From Naegleria gruberi (Eukaryota), in the NCBI GenBank assembly GCA_000004985.1, contig GG738877.1: 64,000 nucleotides of DNA. The stretch is one strand, 5' to 3'. Made by a program: the position numbers and the translations under genes. The notes beneath the pieces were generated by a model. The model was not told the origin of the DNA. It made no database searches and saw only the letters and a list, made by a program, of their open reading frames with translations. Positions 10,292 through 21,764 of the stretch are shown in pieces (the stretch's first letter is position 1; every line of letters starts with the position of its first letter).

Positions 10292-11837
10292 TTATTTCCG
10301 TACATTATTAAAATCATAAAGGGAAGAGGGTGGTGTTTGCTGATTATCAGCTCTACGAGGCATTAACCTCTTTCGGGACAAACCACTTCCTCCTCTAGAA
10401 GACCCCCGAGGAGCTTCCTTAGAATTGACAGTGGACTTGTCCACACTAGAGTTTACTCCTGGTTTATACCTTGAGTAAGAGAACAGCTTTGCTCCATTGG
10501 CTGTACCAGCAGGAGGAGGATTACCAGGAGATCGTGTTGAAGCATTATTATATACTGGTTGTTGAGGTTGTTGAATAGGGTAGGGAGGATAGGATTTTAC
10601 GCCCTGATATTGTACATTCAAGGTAGGGCCTTTGTTTCCTGTTAGAGGTGATGAATCTTCAGTATTACTATTATTATTACTATTTGTTTGTTCTATTGAA
10701 AATAAGGAAAACAAGATTAAAATCAATACTTACTCTTTCCAGATTGAACTCTACTATTAATGTTATACTTGAGAGGTATTGGAGCTGAAATTCCAACTTG
10801 GAAGAAGGGATATTGAAGAGCTTGACTAGCTGTTGGCCTTTTCATTGGATCATAACTCAACAAATCAGTCATTAGCTGAATGGCTTCTTGACTTGCATTT
10901 TGAATGATGGATTCCAAAGGTGTAGGAACGAATTGAGGGAATTTCATTCCCATACTAGCAGCTAATTTAAGTCCTTCTTCCCATGTATCCCTAGTGGGTG
11001 TGCCTAGAACTGAGCAAATTTTGAAAATTTCATCAGGTTCACTTCTACCAGGGAAGAGTGGCCTAAATGTGTACAACTCTGCCATAATAACACCTACTGC
11101 CCACATGTCTATTGGTGAGTTGTAGTTTTGTGATTTCATAAGAACCTCAGGTGCTCTGTACCATCTAGTAGAAACATACTCGGTAAATGGTGGTCTGGAT
11201 CGTGTTTCCTTAGCAAGACCAAAGTCAGCAATCTTTACAGTATCTCTATGAACAAGAAGATTTTCAGGTTTCATATCACGATGAAAGTATCCAGTTTTGT
11301 GCATGTAAGCCAAGCCCTGCAGGACTTGATAAATAATATTTCTAATCTTGGATTCTGAAAACAATTTGTCTCTGTCTTTCATCACTTGATAGAGGTTGGC
11401 CTCCATATATTCAAAGACAAAATACAATTCCTGATTTTCTCTAATGACTTCTTTCAATTTAATAATATTCGGATGGTTAAGTTTTCTCAATGTCTAAAAA
11501 GATCAAATTTAAAATCTTCCAAAGAGTTGAAACAAACCTGTACTTCTTTTAATTTGATACATTCTTCCCAACTGGAGTATGTTCGCTTAATCTTCTTAAT
11601 GGCAACCTATTATTTTGTTATTATTATTGTTGTTGTTGAATATTAAATATTGTGATGATGAAAGAGAAGGGAAAATATTGAGGTGAAGCGGAGGATGTAT
11701 TCAATATTATCAAATAATTAATTGATGATGGAAATAAATATTGTACATACCACTTCTCCAGTCTCTTTATTAACTGCCCTAACAACGCTTCCGTAGGCAC
11801 CTGCTCCAATCAACTGGTTCAACTTGAATCTATTCAT
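10292..11837 (-). CDS. CMGC serine/threonine kinase of the MOK/MAK/ICK (RCK) type with a TEY activation-loop motif. Exons on the minus strand are 11751..11837, 11538..11606, 10734..11493 and 10292..10692
   Basis: Exon 1 is [29 protein letters not shown] (Gly loop) with a GTATGT donor. Exon 2 is [23 protein letters not shown]. Exon 3 carries [15 protein letters not shown] and [14 protein letters not shown]. Exon 4 is an N/P-rich tail. All junctions keep the frame and have GT..AG boundaries. Confidence 0.75.
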
Positions 11838-12112
11838 TGTAGGCAGGAGGAAACAAGCGATGTAGTTGCGTAATTTTTTTTATTGTAGTTTTAGAAAATA
11901 TAAGGTGTAACCGAATAAGCGGGAAAATGACCCTTCTAAACGTTAAGAAGTTCAACAAAATTCGTCTAATAACAGGTACTTTTGGGAGATATTAATAAAA
12001 GAAATGAAAACATATTGGAAAACATCAATGAACAATATCACTTCAACTACTTTTTCCTTATCTATTTCACCACAGTAAAAATAGCAAACAAAATAAATTA
12101 CAAAATTGAATT

Positions 12113-14326
12113 TTACTTCTTGCTACTTTGCTTTGGAGATGGGGAGGAGGTGGCAGGTTTTGGAACTCTGTTCAACTTGCTTTCAAGCTTTTTATAGTAT
12201 GGAGCATTCTTAATGATTGGAAGGTATGGTTTAACATTATTGTTAAATCTTGCGAATTGATTGGCATCTGAGATGGAAATTGCTGTTTGAACAACATAGT
12301 TACCGAATGAGTCTTGTAAGAGGGCTGAGAGATTTCTATCTTCAAGAACTTCCTCAATCATGGTATTCTTGACATTTTCATTACCAATTCTGAGACACTT
12401 TTCAATAACGTTGGAACTGAACTTGTTGATAGACAATGAAGCAATACTACCATAAAATCTAGCAATAATCTTTTCATTAATGGAATCATCACCAAGATCA
12501 AGTACATATTGAACAACATAGTTACCAAATGGGTTTTGAATAAGTGTATGAGCATTGGCAATAACCTCCTTAATAAGCATCATTCTTTGTGATTCAGCGG
12601 CATGATCAATACATCTTTGCAAGACACAACATCCGTGTTTGTGAGTAGCAACTTCAACACATCTACCAGCAACAGCATTGTAAATAAATTGCTTATTTTC
12701 TGGAATTAATTGTTGAAGGCAACGTTGAATAACGTGGTTGCCATTCAAATCCTTAATAAGAGGAACAACAGAATCCTTGAGAGCTTCAATAATTTCTCCA
12801 ATTTGGTCTTGAGTGGTGAGACATTCAATCAACTTTTGAACAGCTCTGGTACCATGCATATTCATGGAAATATTGATGAGATCCTTAGAGACTGCTCTAA
12901 TAATGAGAGTCTTATGTTCATTGGTACAATGTTCTACCAATTTTTGACACAAATAATTTCCGAATGGATCTGTCATTAATTCAACAATATGATCATAAAT
13001 TTCATCAAATACCATTTGCAATCCTTGTTCACCATCAGTAATCTTCTTTTGGAGGAATCTACATCCATATTGATCCTTTGCTAATTTATAAACCTTTCCG
13101 ACAGCATCAGTCATTGAGCTTAATTTACCAAAAGCAGACTTCTTTGAACTCTTTTCGTCATCATCAGAGGTATCAACCTTTTCCTTCTTTTTCTTTCCTT
13201 CCTTCTTCTTGTTGGAAATTGTTGGAGTGGAGGCACCTGATGAAGAGTCAGAAGTTGGAGAACTTGAACCACTATTAGCTTGTTCCACAACATTATTTGA
13301 AGCAACAATGGTTTTAGCACTAGTGTTATTAACTGGAACTCCCATATTACTAGCAACAATGGTGTTGAAAGCAATAGGAGGAGAAGCAACCTCTTGCTTT
13401 TGTGGACTGACTGGTAAATGATTTGGAGGTATAACTTGATTGAAATTTCCTCCTGTTGGCATTGGTGTTGGTTTTTGAATAAAACCAGTAGTAGGATTAT
13501 GTTGTTGAATCAATTGTTGTTGTTGTTGCATAATTTGTTGTCCGTAGAATTCTAATTGTTGTTGTTGTCTGGATAGAGCTTCTTCCAATTGCTTATTTTG
13601 AAGATATAAACGTTGTTGTTCTAGAGTAGGAAGTTGTTGTTGTGCTTGTGGTGGGTAATGTTGCTGCATATGTTGTTGCATCATGTTTTGATTGTCCATT
13701 CCTGGAGGAAAACCTTGTTGTTGTTGCATTGCCCAAGCATTCTCCATACCATAAGCATTTTGATAATTATTTGGCATCATTTGTTGATAAGGATACATGT
13801 TTGGAGCTGTTGATGAAGAAACACCCATATTCATACCATTAGGAGGACCATACATATTTCCTTTTGGTTTTCCGAACATTTCATATGGTGAGAGAAATAA
13901 TGGATTAGCTTCAATTGGAGTAGGTAAGCTATCCTTGTTTGAATAGGAATTATAAAAGTTAGCATAATCAGATTCACAACGAATATCTCCAAACAAGTGT
14001 GAATAACGTGATTGGGTAGCAAATATATTGTTAGTGTCCAATTCCATAGCAGGAGGAGCACTAATAGCTCTCTGAATAGATAAACCAAAATATTCATTAT
14101 TATTTGGTGTGGTATTACGTTTAATTTCACTTCCAATTGGTGCCTGGTTTCTAGATGGAGATGATTGTACATTGGATGAACCCCATCCTACAGCTTGTTC
14201 ATTATTGTTGTACAAGTTATTGCTTGGTGTGGAATGAAATGGGTCATTGTTGGTGTTATTGGAAATGATGGATTGAAGAGTTCTGACTGTGTTATTCAGT
14301 CCGTTATTGTTGGTAGTAGATGACAT
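12113..14326 (-). CDS. Pumilio-family (PUF) RNA-binding protein with a long N/Q-rich N-terminal region and eight C-terminal PUF repeats
   Basis: Repeated FGNYVVQ / HGCRFLQKKI / NHVIQRCL / HGCCVLQRCI motifs. The likely start is MSSTTNNN at 14326. Confidence 0.85.
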   Translation of the reverse strand: MSSTTNNNGLNNTVRTLQSIISNNTNNDPFHSTPSNNLYNNNEQAVGWGSSNVQSSPSRNQAPIGSEIKRNTTPNNNEYFGLSIQRAISAPPAMELDTNNIFATQSRYSHLFGDIRCESDYANFYNSYSNKDSLPTPIEANPLFLSPYEMFGKPKGNMYGPPNGMNMGVSSSTAPNMYPYQQMMPNNYQNAYGMENAWAMQQQQGFPPGMDNQNMMQQHMQQHYPPQAQQQLPTLEQQRLYLQNKQLEEALSRQQQQLEFYGQQIMQQQQQLIQQHNPTTGFIQKPTPMPTGGNFNQVIPPNHLPVSPQKQEVASPPIAFNTIVASNMGVPVNNTSAKTIVASNNVVEQANSGSSSPTSDSSSGASTPTISNKKKEGKKKKEKVDTSDDDEKSSKKSAFGKLSSMTDAVGKVYKLAKDQYGCRFLQKKITDGEQGLQMVFDEIYDHIVELMTDPFGNYLCQKLVEHCTNEHKTLIIRAVSKDLINISMNMHGTRAVQKLIECLTTQDQIGEIIEALKDSVVPLIKDLNGNHVIQRCLQQLIPENKQFIYNAVAGRCVEVATHKHGCCVLQRCIDHAAESQRMMLIKEVIANAHTLIQNPFGNYVVQYVLDLGDDSINEKIIARFYGSIASLSINKFSSNVIEKCLRIGNENVKNTMIEEVLEDRNLSALLQDSFGNYVVQTAISISDANQFARFNNNVKPYLPIIKNAPYYKKLESKLNRVPKPATSSPSPKQSSKK

Positions 14327-15343
14327 TTTACAGAAATTATCTTCGTTTGATGATGATGATAATAATACTAAAAGCACAGAATATTAACAAATAATAATAA
14401 TACTACTAATAGTACAAGAGTTTTGAAATTAATAATATAATAATAATAATAATAACAGTGAGAGATAATCTAGAAGGCTTTCGGGCAATAGAATTTGAAA
14501 AATTACTACAATCTATTGGTACTACTAGTTATGAAACAAAATTTTCTATATAATCTACAATTCTTGTACAAAGGAATTAATTCCTCTATTGTTATTATTA
14601 TGAAATAATAGATAACAATACACAAAGATGATGACAACAAGATAACAACTATTTCTCCTAAAATATACTATGAAGAAATATATAGCTATATAGTATTCAA
14701 TAACAATAACTTTTCCGTTCTTCTATCAGATATATACGGAGTAAAGTTAGTTTTTCTCAAATGAATTCTACCTTGTCGTCGCCGAGCAACAATAATAAAG
14801 TTGCGAGATAAAGAATTTGGTGGTGGTAGTGGTGGTGAAAAGAGAGAGACAAACACACAAATCGTCGTCAGTCAACAAACGCAATCGCCAGCAGCAGTAA
14901 TTTCTCAACTCGTGTTTTTTTTATCAACAAACTATGAAGTCAACAAGCAACCAACACACACAAATCTTCATCAAATGAATACCGATGGAGAGAAGCAGTG
15001 ATTGTCATACCGATATGATAGGAATATTTACTGTTGCATTGGTAGTGTTCAAGAGACAACAAGCCACATTTTACAAAGACAATATAGCATTTTGGCCGAC
15101 CATTGAGAATGAGAGGAAATGGTGGTCATACATGATTTTGCATGATTTTTGGATGTAATTTGGTGGATACTTAGTTACAATGACAATTTGAATTGGGTAT
15201 TGGGTGTTAATAGTGCGATTTAGGGAAGAACCATTCGTGGGGAATCTATAAAAAAAATCTACAATGTTTCTCAATTCTTCTTATATCAAATTCAATGTTG
15301 CATTACACACCATTAATTTTTATTGTAAACACAAATCAAAAAA

Positions 15344-17200
15344 ATGTTGCAACAACAACTCAATCAGACGAACCATTGCACTGTAGTGTTGCATCTAGAT
15401 TTGTACTTTTCATCCAATTTACTCTCCACTAAAATACAATCCATTCCTCTCCGATATAAATATGACTTGATCATGAAACCAATTTTGAAATATTACAATT
15501 CCGATAATGATGATTATGATTATGATGATGATTTCGATATTAACGATCCAATTTGCCTCCTTCAAGGACTTTTATTAAAAATTGATGTTATTCGAGATAA
15601 AAGGTATATTTACGATCAAATAATAGAGTACAAATGGGTTGCTTGTAGTTTTAGAGAGGATTTTGGGTTATTGAACGATAGAGATTTGGCCATGAAACAT
15701 GCAAGTATTGGCATTATTGTTGAGGAATTTAACAATGACAGAGAAATTGTAATGAATGCTGTGAAAGAAACAGGAAATGGACTTTCGTATGCTTCAGAAG
15801 AATTGAGGAATGATTTTGAATTTGTGAGTGAATTGTTGGAACATGTTAATGTTTTGAATGAGGCATCAGAGGAATTGAGAGATAATAAGGAACTTGTAAT
15901 GTCACTTGTAAAACATTGTGGAGAGGCTCTTGAATATGCTTCTGATCGATTGAGAAATGATTTTGATGTTGTGTTGGCAGCTGTCAAACAAAATGGACGA
16001 GCTCTCGCATTCACAACAATAGAACTACGGAGCAATAAGGAAATTATATTGGCAGCTTTGCAATCATTTTCGCATGCATGTAAAATTGCAATATTGGACT
16101 CATTTACAAATGATAGAGATTTTATGTTTAAAGTATCTTTAGAGGATGTGTATATACTAAGGAAAGCATCTCAAGAAATTAGAAACGATAGAGAAATATT
16201 CCTCAATGCAGTTAAAATTTCTCCATACATATTCAGGGATACTTCAGATGAATTGAGGAATGATAGAGAACTAGCCATCTTGGCAATACAATCGGAGCCA
16301 TCAATGTTAGAATATGCATCAGATAATTTGAAAGATGATGAGGAAATTGTTGCATTGGCACTTTCTTCTGATGGACGTGCAATTAGACATGTATCAGACA
16401 GATTAAGAAATGATGTTGAATTTCTTCAGAAAATATTCCATAGTAGTAAGAGTGGGACAATATTGAAATATATTCCAGAAATACTCAAAAGTGATAGAGA
16501 TATCGTATTGGAATCTGTTAAACGTGATGGATACAATTTGGAACATGCCTCAAATGAACTGAAACTTGATAGAGAAATAGTATGGGAAGCAGTGAAATCA
16601 GCAACCACAGCTATACAATTTGTACCTCAAGAATTATTAAGAGAAGCCTTTATTCATGCACTTCAATTCCGTGGTGAACATTGGGACTATGATTTTTTCG
16701 AATTTGCACCTCCTGAATTCAAGAACGACAGAGAAATAGCATTAACATATGTCAAATATCATCAACGAGCACTATCCCATTTAAGCAATCAGTTTAGAGC
16801 TGATAGAGAAATAGTGTTGGAAGCTGTAAAACATTTTGGACCAAACGTACTTGAATTGGTAGATGCTCAATTCAAAAACGATATTGAAATAGTCAACTTG
16901 GCAAGAAGTAAAGGAGCTCTTACAAAATTATCAATTGAAGACCATTCAAACAGAGAAAAAGTTCTTCAAGCTTTCAAAGATGAAATAGACATTGAATATC
17001 TTACAACCTCTTTGAAGAATGACAGAGAGATTGCCATTGGATGTGTAAAGCAAAATGGATTTTGGTTACAGTATTTACCTTACAAATTTAGAAGTGATAG
17101 AGAAATAGTATTACTTTCATTTAGAGATACTAAAAGTTTAAATCACATGTCTTTGAAGTTGAGAAATGATAAGGAAATTTTAGAAAAATCGAAAAGGTGA
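15344..17200 (+). CDS. DUF4116-type tandem-repeat protein (~24-aa repeats, xELRNDREIVLxAVKQNGxALxYAS). The alternative start MKPILKYY is at 15473
   Basis: More than 15 consecutive repeats with an invariant (L/F)RNDRE(I/L) core are read directly in the ORF. Confidence 0.7.
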   Translation: MLQQQLNQTNHCTVVLHLDLYFSSNLLSTKIQSIPLRYKYDLIMKPILKYYNSDNDDYDYDDDFDINDPICLLQGLLLKIDVIRDKRYIYDQIIEYKWVACSFREDFGLLNDRDLAMKHASIGIIVEEFNNDREIVMNAVKETGNGLSYASEELRNDFEFVSELLEHVNVLNEASEELRDNKELVMSLVKHCGEALEYASDRLRNDFDVVLAAVKQNGRALAFTTIELRSNKEIILAALQSFSHACKIAILDSFTNDRDFMFKVSLEDVYILRKASQEIRNDREIFLNAVKISPYIFRDTSDELRNDRELAILAIQSEPSMLEYASDNLKDDEEIVALALSSDGRAIRHVSDRLRNDVEFLQKIFHSSKSGTILKYIPEILKSDRDIVLESVKRDGYNLEHASNELKLDREIVWEAVKSATTAIQFVPQELLREAFIHALQFRGEHWDYDFFEFAPPEFKNDREIALTYVKYHQRALSHLSNQFRADREIVLEAVKHFGPNVLELVDAQFKNDIEIVNLARSKGALTKLSIEDHSNREKVLQAFKDEIDIEYLTTSLKNDREIAIGCVKQNGFWLQYLPYKFRSDREIVLLSFRDTKSLNHMSLKLRNDKEILEKSKR

Positions 17201-17584
17201 ACTATCTGATCTCAATGGGCATGAAATGTCAACGAGATTTAAATCATCGTTAAAAACGAGGAAGAAATCTTGTCCGGTTTGTTGGAAATTATTGGTGTTG
17301 ATTAAATGGTTTCATTAGATTGAAGTCATTTATTGAAAAGAGGTCTATAATAATCCATCTAGTTATCTTTTGATGGTAAATTTGACAGAATTCATGCAGA
17401 TTTGGTTTCCACTTTTGTAAATCCTTTCTTTGAATGGTGCAAAAGTGAGGAATAAAAGATTGAATGATGAACACTCTCGTGAACGTAAATCACCTCACGT
17501 ACTGTGGTGATGTGACACCGACAAGTTCCTTCTACAATTTCATTCTCATCTGAAGATTTGAAATTGCAAAATGTATTAAACAGC

Positions 17585-19132
17585 TCAAGTATAAGAGGAT
17601 AATAGAGGCAATCTATAAACCTTTGAAACAGAGATCAAATAAAATGGATCCATTCCTACCTTTGCCAAAAGTGGTTTGAGAGCATTAAGCTTTACTCTAT
17701 CAATAACTTCACCAACTTGTTTTCTTCCAAACATGCTTGCCTTATTATCCAAAAATACCACCAACTTGTTATATGATGCCAGTAATTCTCCTTTAACTGA
17801 GAGATACTCAGGTGAGGCAAGAGCAGCTGCCCTGTTGCCTTTGTAAATCTTCTTTTCAATAGCTCTGAACTTGACCTTCTTGTAATGGAATCTACGAGTA
17901 ACTGTATCCATGAGTAGATCCACCAATTGCTCATCAAAGCCCTCTTCATCATTCTTTGAAGAACTTGATTTAATAACCGAAGCTCTGCTAGCATATCTGA
18001 GAGTGGAGAGGGTCTCACTTGCATTCTTCTCAACTGGACTGCAAGTAGCTACCATAATAGTTTTGGCTCGACCACCAAGAGTTGATTGAAGCATATTAGT
18101 CAGTACTGAATCTCTGAAAGGAACGTGAGCTTTTTTGATCCTTTCTTTAGCTTCATTCTTGTCCTTAAGTTTGGAAACTTGTTCAGAGAGTTCGGCCAAT
18201 TTGTTAATTACTCGTCCTAAATGAAGTAAACTGGTATTAATTGCAGTTCCTTCATCTCGTTCATCTTTACATTTGGCAATTTGACCTGTCTTTTCACTAC
18301 CAGCCAAGTCAACAAGATTGATTTGAGATTTGATAATTGTAGCATGATTTTCATCTGGTTGAAACTCTAAAGAAATTGTAAAGACTGCATGAGATCTTGA
18401 AGAGACATCATTCATGGCTGTTGCTCGAGTACTTCTATTGGAAAATCCACTGGTAATCAGTTTTCTAGCATCCTTCCAATTTTTAACATGTTTGTAACCA
18501 ATATTAGAGTGATAGTCGTAATATTGTCGATTCTTGGATCTGACCAACAAGTCACAAACCTTCTCATTATAAATCTCTACAAATCTACAAGAAACATGAA
18601 AATAGGAATACCTCCTCACAGATGTAAATATTTCCTTAACAACTCTTGGAATGATACCATGTTGTGAAAAGTCAGAATCTATAAATTCATGAATCGTATA
18701 AATTAAATCGTATGGCAAGATAAAGAAGAGTGGTTTCAGTGCCTCAAATAGCATTCCCTTAATTGCAGAAGGTTTATCAGAAGCTTCTTCCAATGCAGCA
18801 TAGAGATCTTCACCAAGCATTGTGTGAGTTTTACCACTCGATGTTTGTCCATATGCAAATAAACAACAATTGATACCACTCACTGCATTCTCCACAATGA
18901 TCTTTCCCAAATCATGATAAATTACCGATTGTGGAGTGTTTCCACCATAGACATGATCAAATTTAAATTCATCAACCACATGTTTGGTTCTATTATCAAT
19001 TGTTTTGGTAGCTCTCTTCACTTGGAGAGTATGTTCATCCTTTCTGATGGTGACAACCTTTTGTTTCTTCAATCCGACCATTTCCTCATATTTAGGTGGT
19101 CGAATTCTCACAGCAACTGTGATTGGTTCCAT
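17585..19132 (-). CDS. Kinesin-like motor protein (N-terminal motor domain). The C-terminal end is uncertain
   Basis: P-loop GQTSSGKTHTM, switch motifs SSRSHAVF and LVDLAGSE, and HVPFRDSVLT. Confidence 0.85.
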   Translation of the reverse strand: MEPITVAVRIRPPKYEEMVGLKKQKVVTIRKDEHTLQVKRATKTIDNRTKHVVDEFKFDHVYGGNTPQSVIYHDLGKIIVENAVSGINCCLFAYGQTSSGKTHTMLGEDLYAALEEASDKPSAIKGMLFEALKPLFFILPYDLIYTIHEFIDSDFSQHGIIPRVVKEIFTSVRRYSYFHVSCRFVEIYNEKVCDLLVRSKNRQYYDYHSNIGYKHVKNWKDARKLITSGFSNRSTRATAMNDVSSRSHAVFTISLEFQPDENHATIIKSQINLVDLAGSEKTGQIAKCKDERDEGTAINTSLLHLGRVINKLAELSEQVSKLKDKNEAKERIKKAHVPFRDSVLTNMLQSTLGGRAKTIMVATCSPVEKNASETLSTLRYASRASVIKSSSSKNDEEGFDEQLVDLLMDTVTRRFHYKKVKFRAIEKKIYKGNRAAALASPEYLSVKGELLASYNKLVVFLDNKASMFGRKQVGEVIDRVKLNALKPLLAKVGMDPFYLISVSKVYRLPLLSSYT

Positions 19133-19993
19133 GTTAATTATTTCGCTTCTAGTACTTTTTCAATATGTTCTTATTAATATTTGTGAATGATGATGAATAA
19201 ATTCACCTTAGTCAGATAATAATATTATATGATACTTTTAAAAGTGTATTACAAGCAAGTACTATTGTAGGTACTTTCTTTTTGATATGATTTTGATAAT
19301 ATTATATTATTAGCGTGATTATTGCATCATCACAGATTATTTAATATGTTACACAATTTGAGTGTGTTAGAAGACGGAACATTTTTCGTTATGGCGGTTG
19401 GAAAGGGTTTGTTGTTATACAGCTACTGGTTGTTCCTCTCTGATACAAAGTTTCATCTCTTTTTGAATGTTACTTCAGCATTGAATATTGAATGTATTCA
19501 ATGGCTAAGACATAATATTGTATTATTTAAATATTTTTTTAAAATAATATTTAAAGATTTTTTAAAATAGCAAAAAAATTAGCCGCTCAACTGCTGGTGA
19601 TCACTTCATTGTCCATAATCATCATGATTTAACAATTATTAAATAATTAAATAATTAATTCGAATAACAATCAATTCATCATAATATCAACATGTAAAAT
19701 CTCTGCTCATTACCACCTCCGACTCCGATCCTTTTAAATGCTTCAAACATGATGATTGAAGACACATTCATTGAATTAATAATTTCTTGGTGTTTCTTGT
19801 TCTCCAATAACAACAAATCATCAACAACAACAACAACACTTGTGTTGGGTATAACAATTAATTGATCCTTTGCAAAAAGGTACCCCAACCGTAAACAACT
19901 TCAACAACAACACTTCAGGAGAATTTACTGGTAATACAAAACAACAAGGAAGCAAAGAGAGAGGAAGAATCACTTTGAAAAAAAACAAACAAA

Positions 19994-21256
19994 ATGTCCG
20001 ACGAAATTGAAGAAATTCCAAACTCATCAGCTCAAGCTATTACTACTGCTATTACCAGCAATGAGGGAAATTCTGGTAGTTGTGCTGGCTCAAGAGTTAG
20101 GGTTTGTGTTACGGGTGCGACTGGATTTATTGCCTCTCATCTTGTTTATCAATTGTTGTTGAAGGGATATATTGTTCATGGTACTGTACGTTCAATGCCA
20201 AAGGGAAGAGATGAATTGTACAAGGCCTTGTTAGCCTATGATCAATCACAAGAAGGGAAGAAACAATTATCGGAGGAAATTTTGCAGGAAAATTTAATTT
20301 GCTTTGAATCTGACTTGTTGAAGGAAGGAAGTTTTGCTGAGGCCATCAAGGGATGCCAATTCGTTCAACATACTGCCTCTCCTTTCAAGATTACTGTCAA
20401 GGATCCTCAATTGGATTTAGTTGATCCTGCTGTTAAGGGAACAAGAAATGTCTTGGGAGAATGTATCAAGTTGAGAGAATCTCAATCCAATGAAGATCCA
20501 AATAGATTACAGAGAATTATTCTCACTTCTTCAATTGCATCTATTGTTGATACACCACTTCCAGATAAGATTTACAATGAAGGTGATTGGAATGAAGTAT
20601 CTAATTTGAACAAGAATCCATACTTTTTCTCTAAGGTTATGGCTGAAAAGGCTGCTTGGAGTTTAATGAAGGAAGCTGAAGAAAAACATGGAAAGGGATT
20701 TTTAGAGTTGGTCACAATTTGTCCAGCTGCTGTTATTGGAAAGCCAATATTTGAAAAGCAAGTTAATACTAGTCACGAATCAATTATTATGCTTGCTAAT
20801 GGTGGGTTCCCTGCATTATTTGCTATTGGATTTGTTTTTGTGGATGTAAAGGATGTTGGTCTAGCTCATCTCTTGGCCATGGAATATCAAAAGGATGATA
20901 GAACTAGATTTACTCCATCCAACATGGAACGATACATTGTATGTTGTGATGAATCGACAACAATGAAACAATTAGTCGATATTCTCAGAGAACAATTCCC
21001 TAATCCTCCACACAAATGGGTCAAGAATTTACCATCTCGTTCAATGGAAGGTAAATTTGGGTGTGCCATTGCCAAGATGGGTTCAATCTTTCAACCTAAG
21101 GGTGTTCGTGACTATATGCAAAGTAATCTAGGAAAACCATTATATTTCAGCAATAAGAAAATTAAGGATGCTTTCGGAATGACATTTGTGGATACCAAAA
21201 CTCAAGTTAAGGAATCTACAGAATATTTACTCACCATTGGTCAAATCAAACAATAA
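19994..21256 (+). CDS. NAD(P)-dependent epimerase/dehydratase-family reductase (cinnamoyl-CoA/dihydroflavonol reductase-like)
   Basis: Rossmann motif VTGATGFIASHLVYQLLLKGYIVHGTVRS and extended SDR-like layout. Confidence 0.8.
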   Translation: MSDEIEEIPNSSAQAITTAITSNEGNSGSCAGSRVRVCVTGATGFIASHLVYQLLLKGYIVHGTVRSMPKGRDELYKALLAYDQSQEGKKQLSEEILQENLICFESDLLKEGSFAEAIKGCQFVQHTASPFKITVKDPQLDLVDPAVKGTRNVLGECIKLRESQSNEDPNRLQRIILTSSIASIVDTPLPDKIYNEGDWNEVSNLNKNPYFFSKVMAEKAAWSLMKEAEEKHGKGFLELVTICPAAVIGKPIFEKQVNTSHESIIMLANGGFPALFAIGFVFVDVKDVGLAHLLAMEYQKDDRTRFTPSNMERYIVCCDESTTMKQLVDILREQFPNPPHKWVKNLPSRSMEGKFGCAIAKMGSIFQPKGVRDYMQSNLGKPLYFSNKKIKDAFGMTFVDTKTQVKESTEYLLTIGQIKQ

Positions 21257-21764
21257 AACTACTTGATGGAAGTAACTTGATATTTCATCACATTACAATT
21301 ATTGGTGTGAATGTGTGATTTGCATCACTGATGAAATCAAGTCATCTCTAACAGTATGTTGGATGCAATTTAATGTTCACAAGATTCAACAACTTGGTAA
21401 TTACTGAAAGACCTTTCCAAATGCAACAATTAAATTCTCTTGTCAACTCGATAGCTCCTCTTAAATATTGTAATCATGTTGAATTATGCCAAACATCCAC
21501 GCAATAAATGCTCAAATTAGTTCACCTCCTTATTTATGCGACAATAACGTTGGTTGACTGAAAATCTATTCAGCAGCTGTCATCTTTTGGTGAGGTTCGG
21601 TATGTCTAACAAATCAGTAACTCATCTAAACTCTGGGGTTTTAATCGGTCTTTCTAGCCAAAAATCACCAAGATCCAAAATACATTCCTGGCAAGACTTG
21701 CGAATTCGGGAGAAATCAACCTAAACCAACCTACACCTTCCACCTGTAAAACACTCCATAACCT

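Noticed and set aside
12172-14172. Several 60-113 aa ORFs on both strands inside the Pumilio gene (e.g. 13831..14172, 13120..13389)
   Set aside because: They overlap a confidently identified long CDS and are out of frame or antisense.
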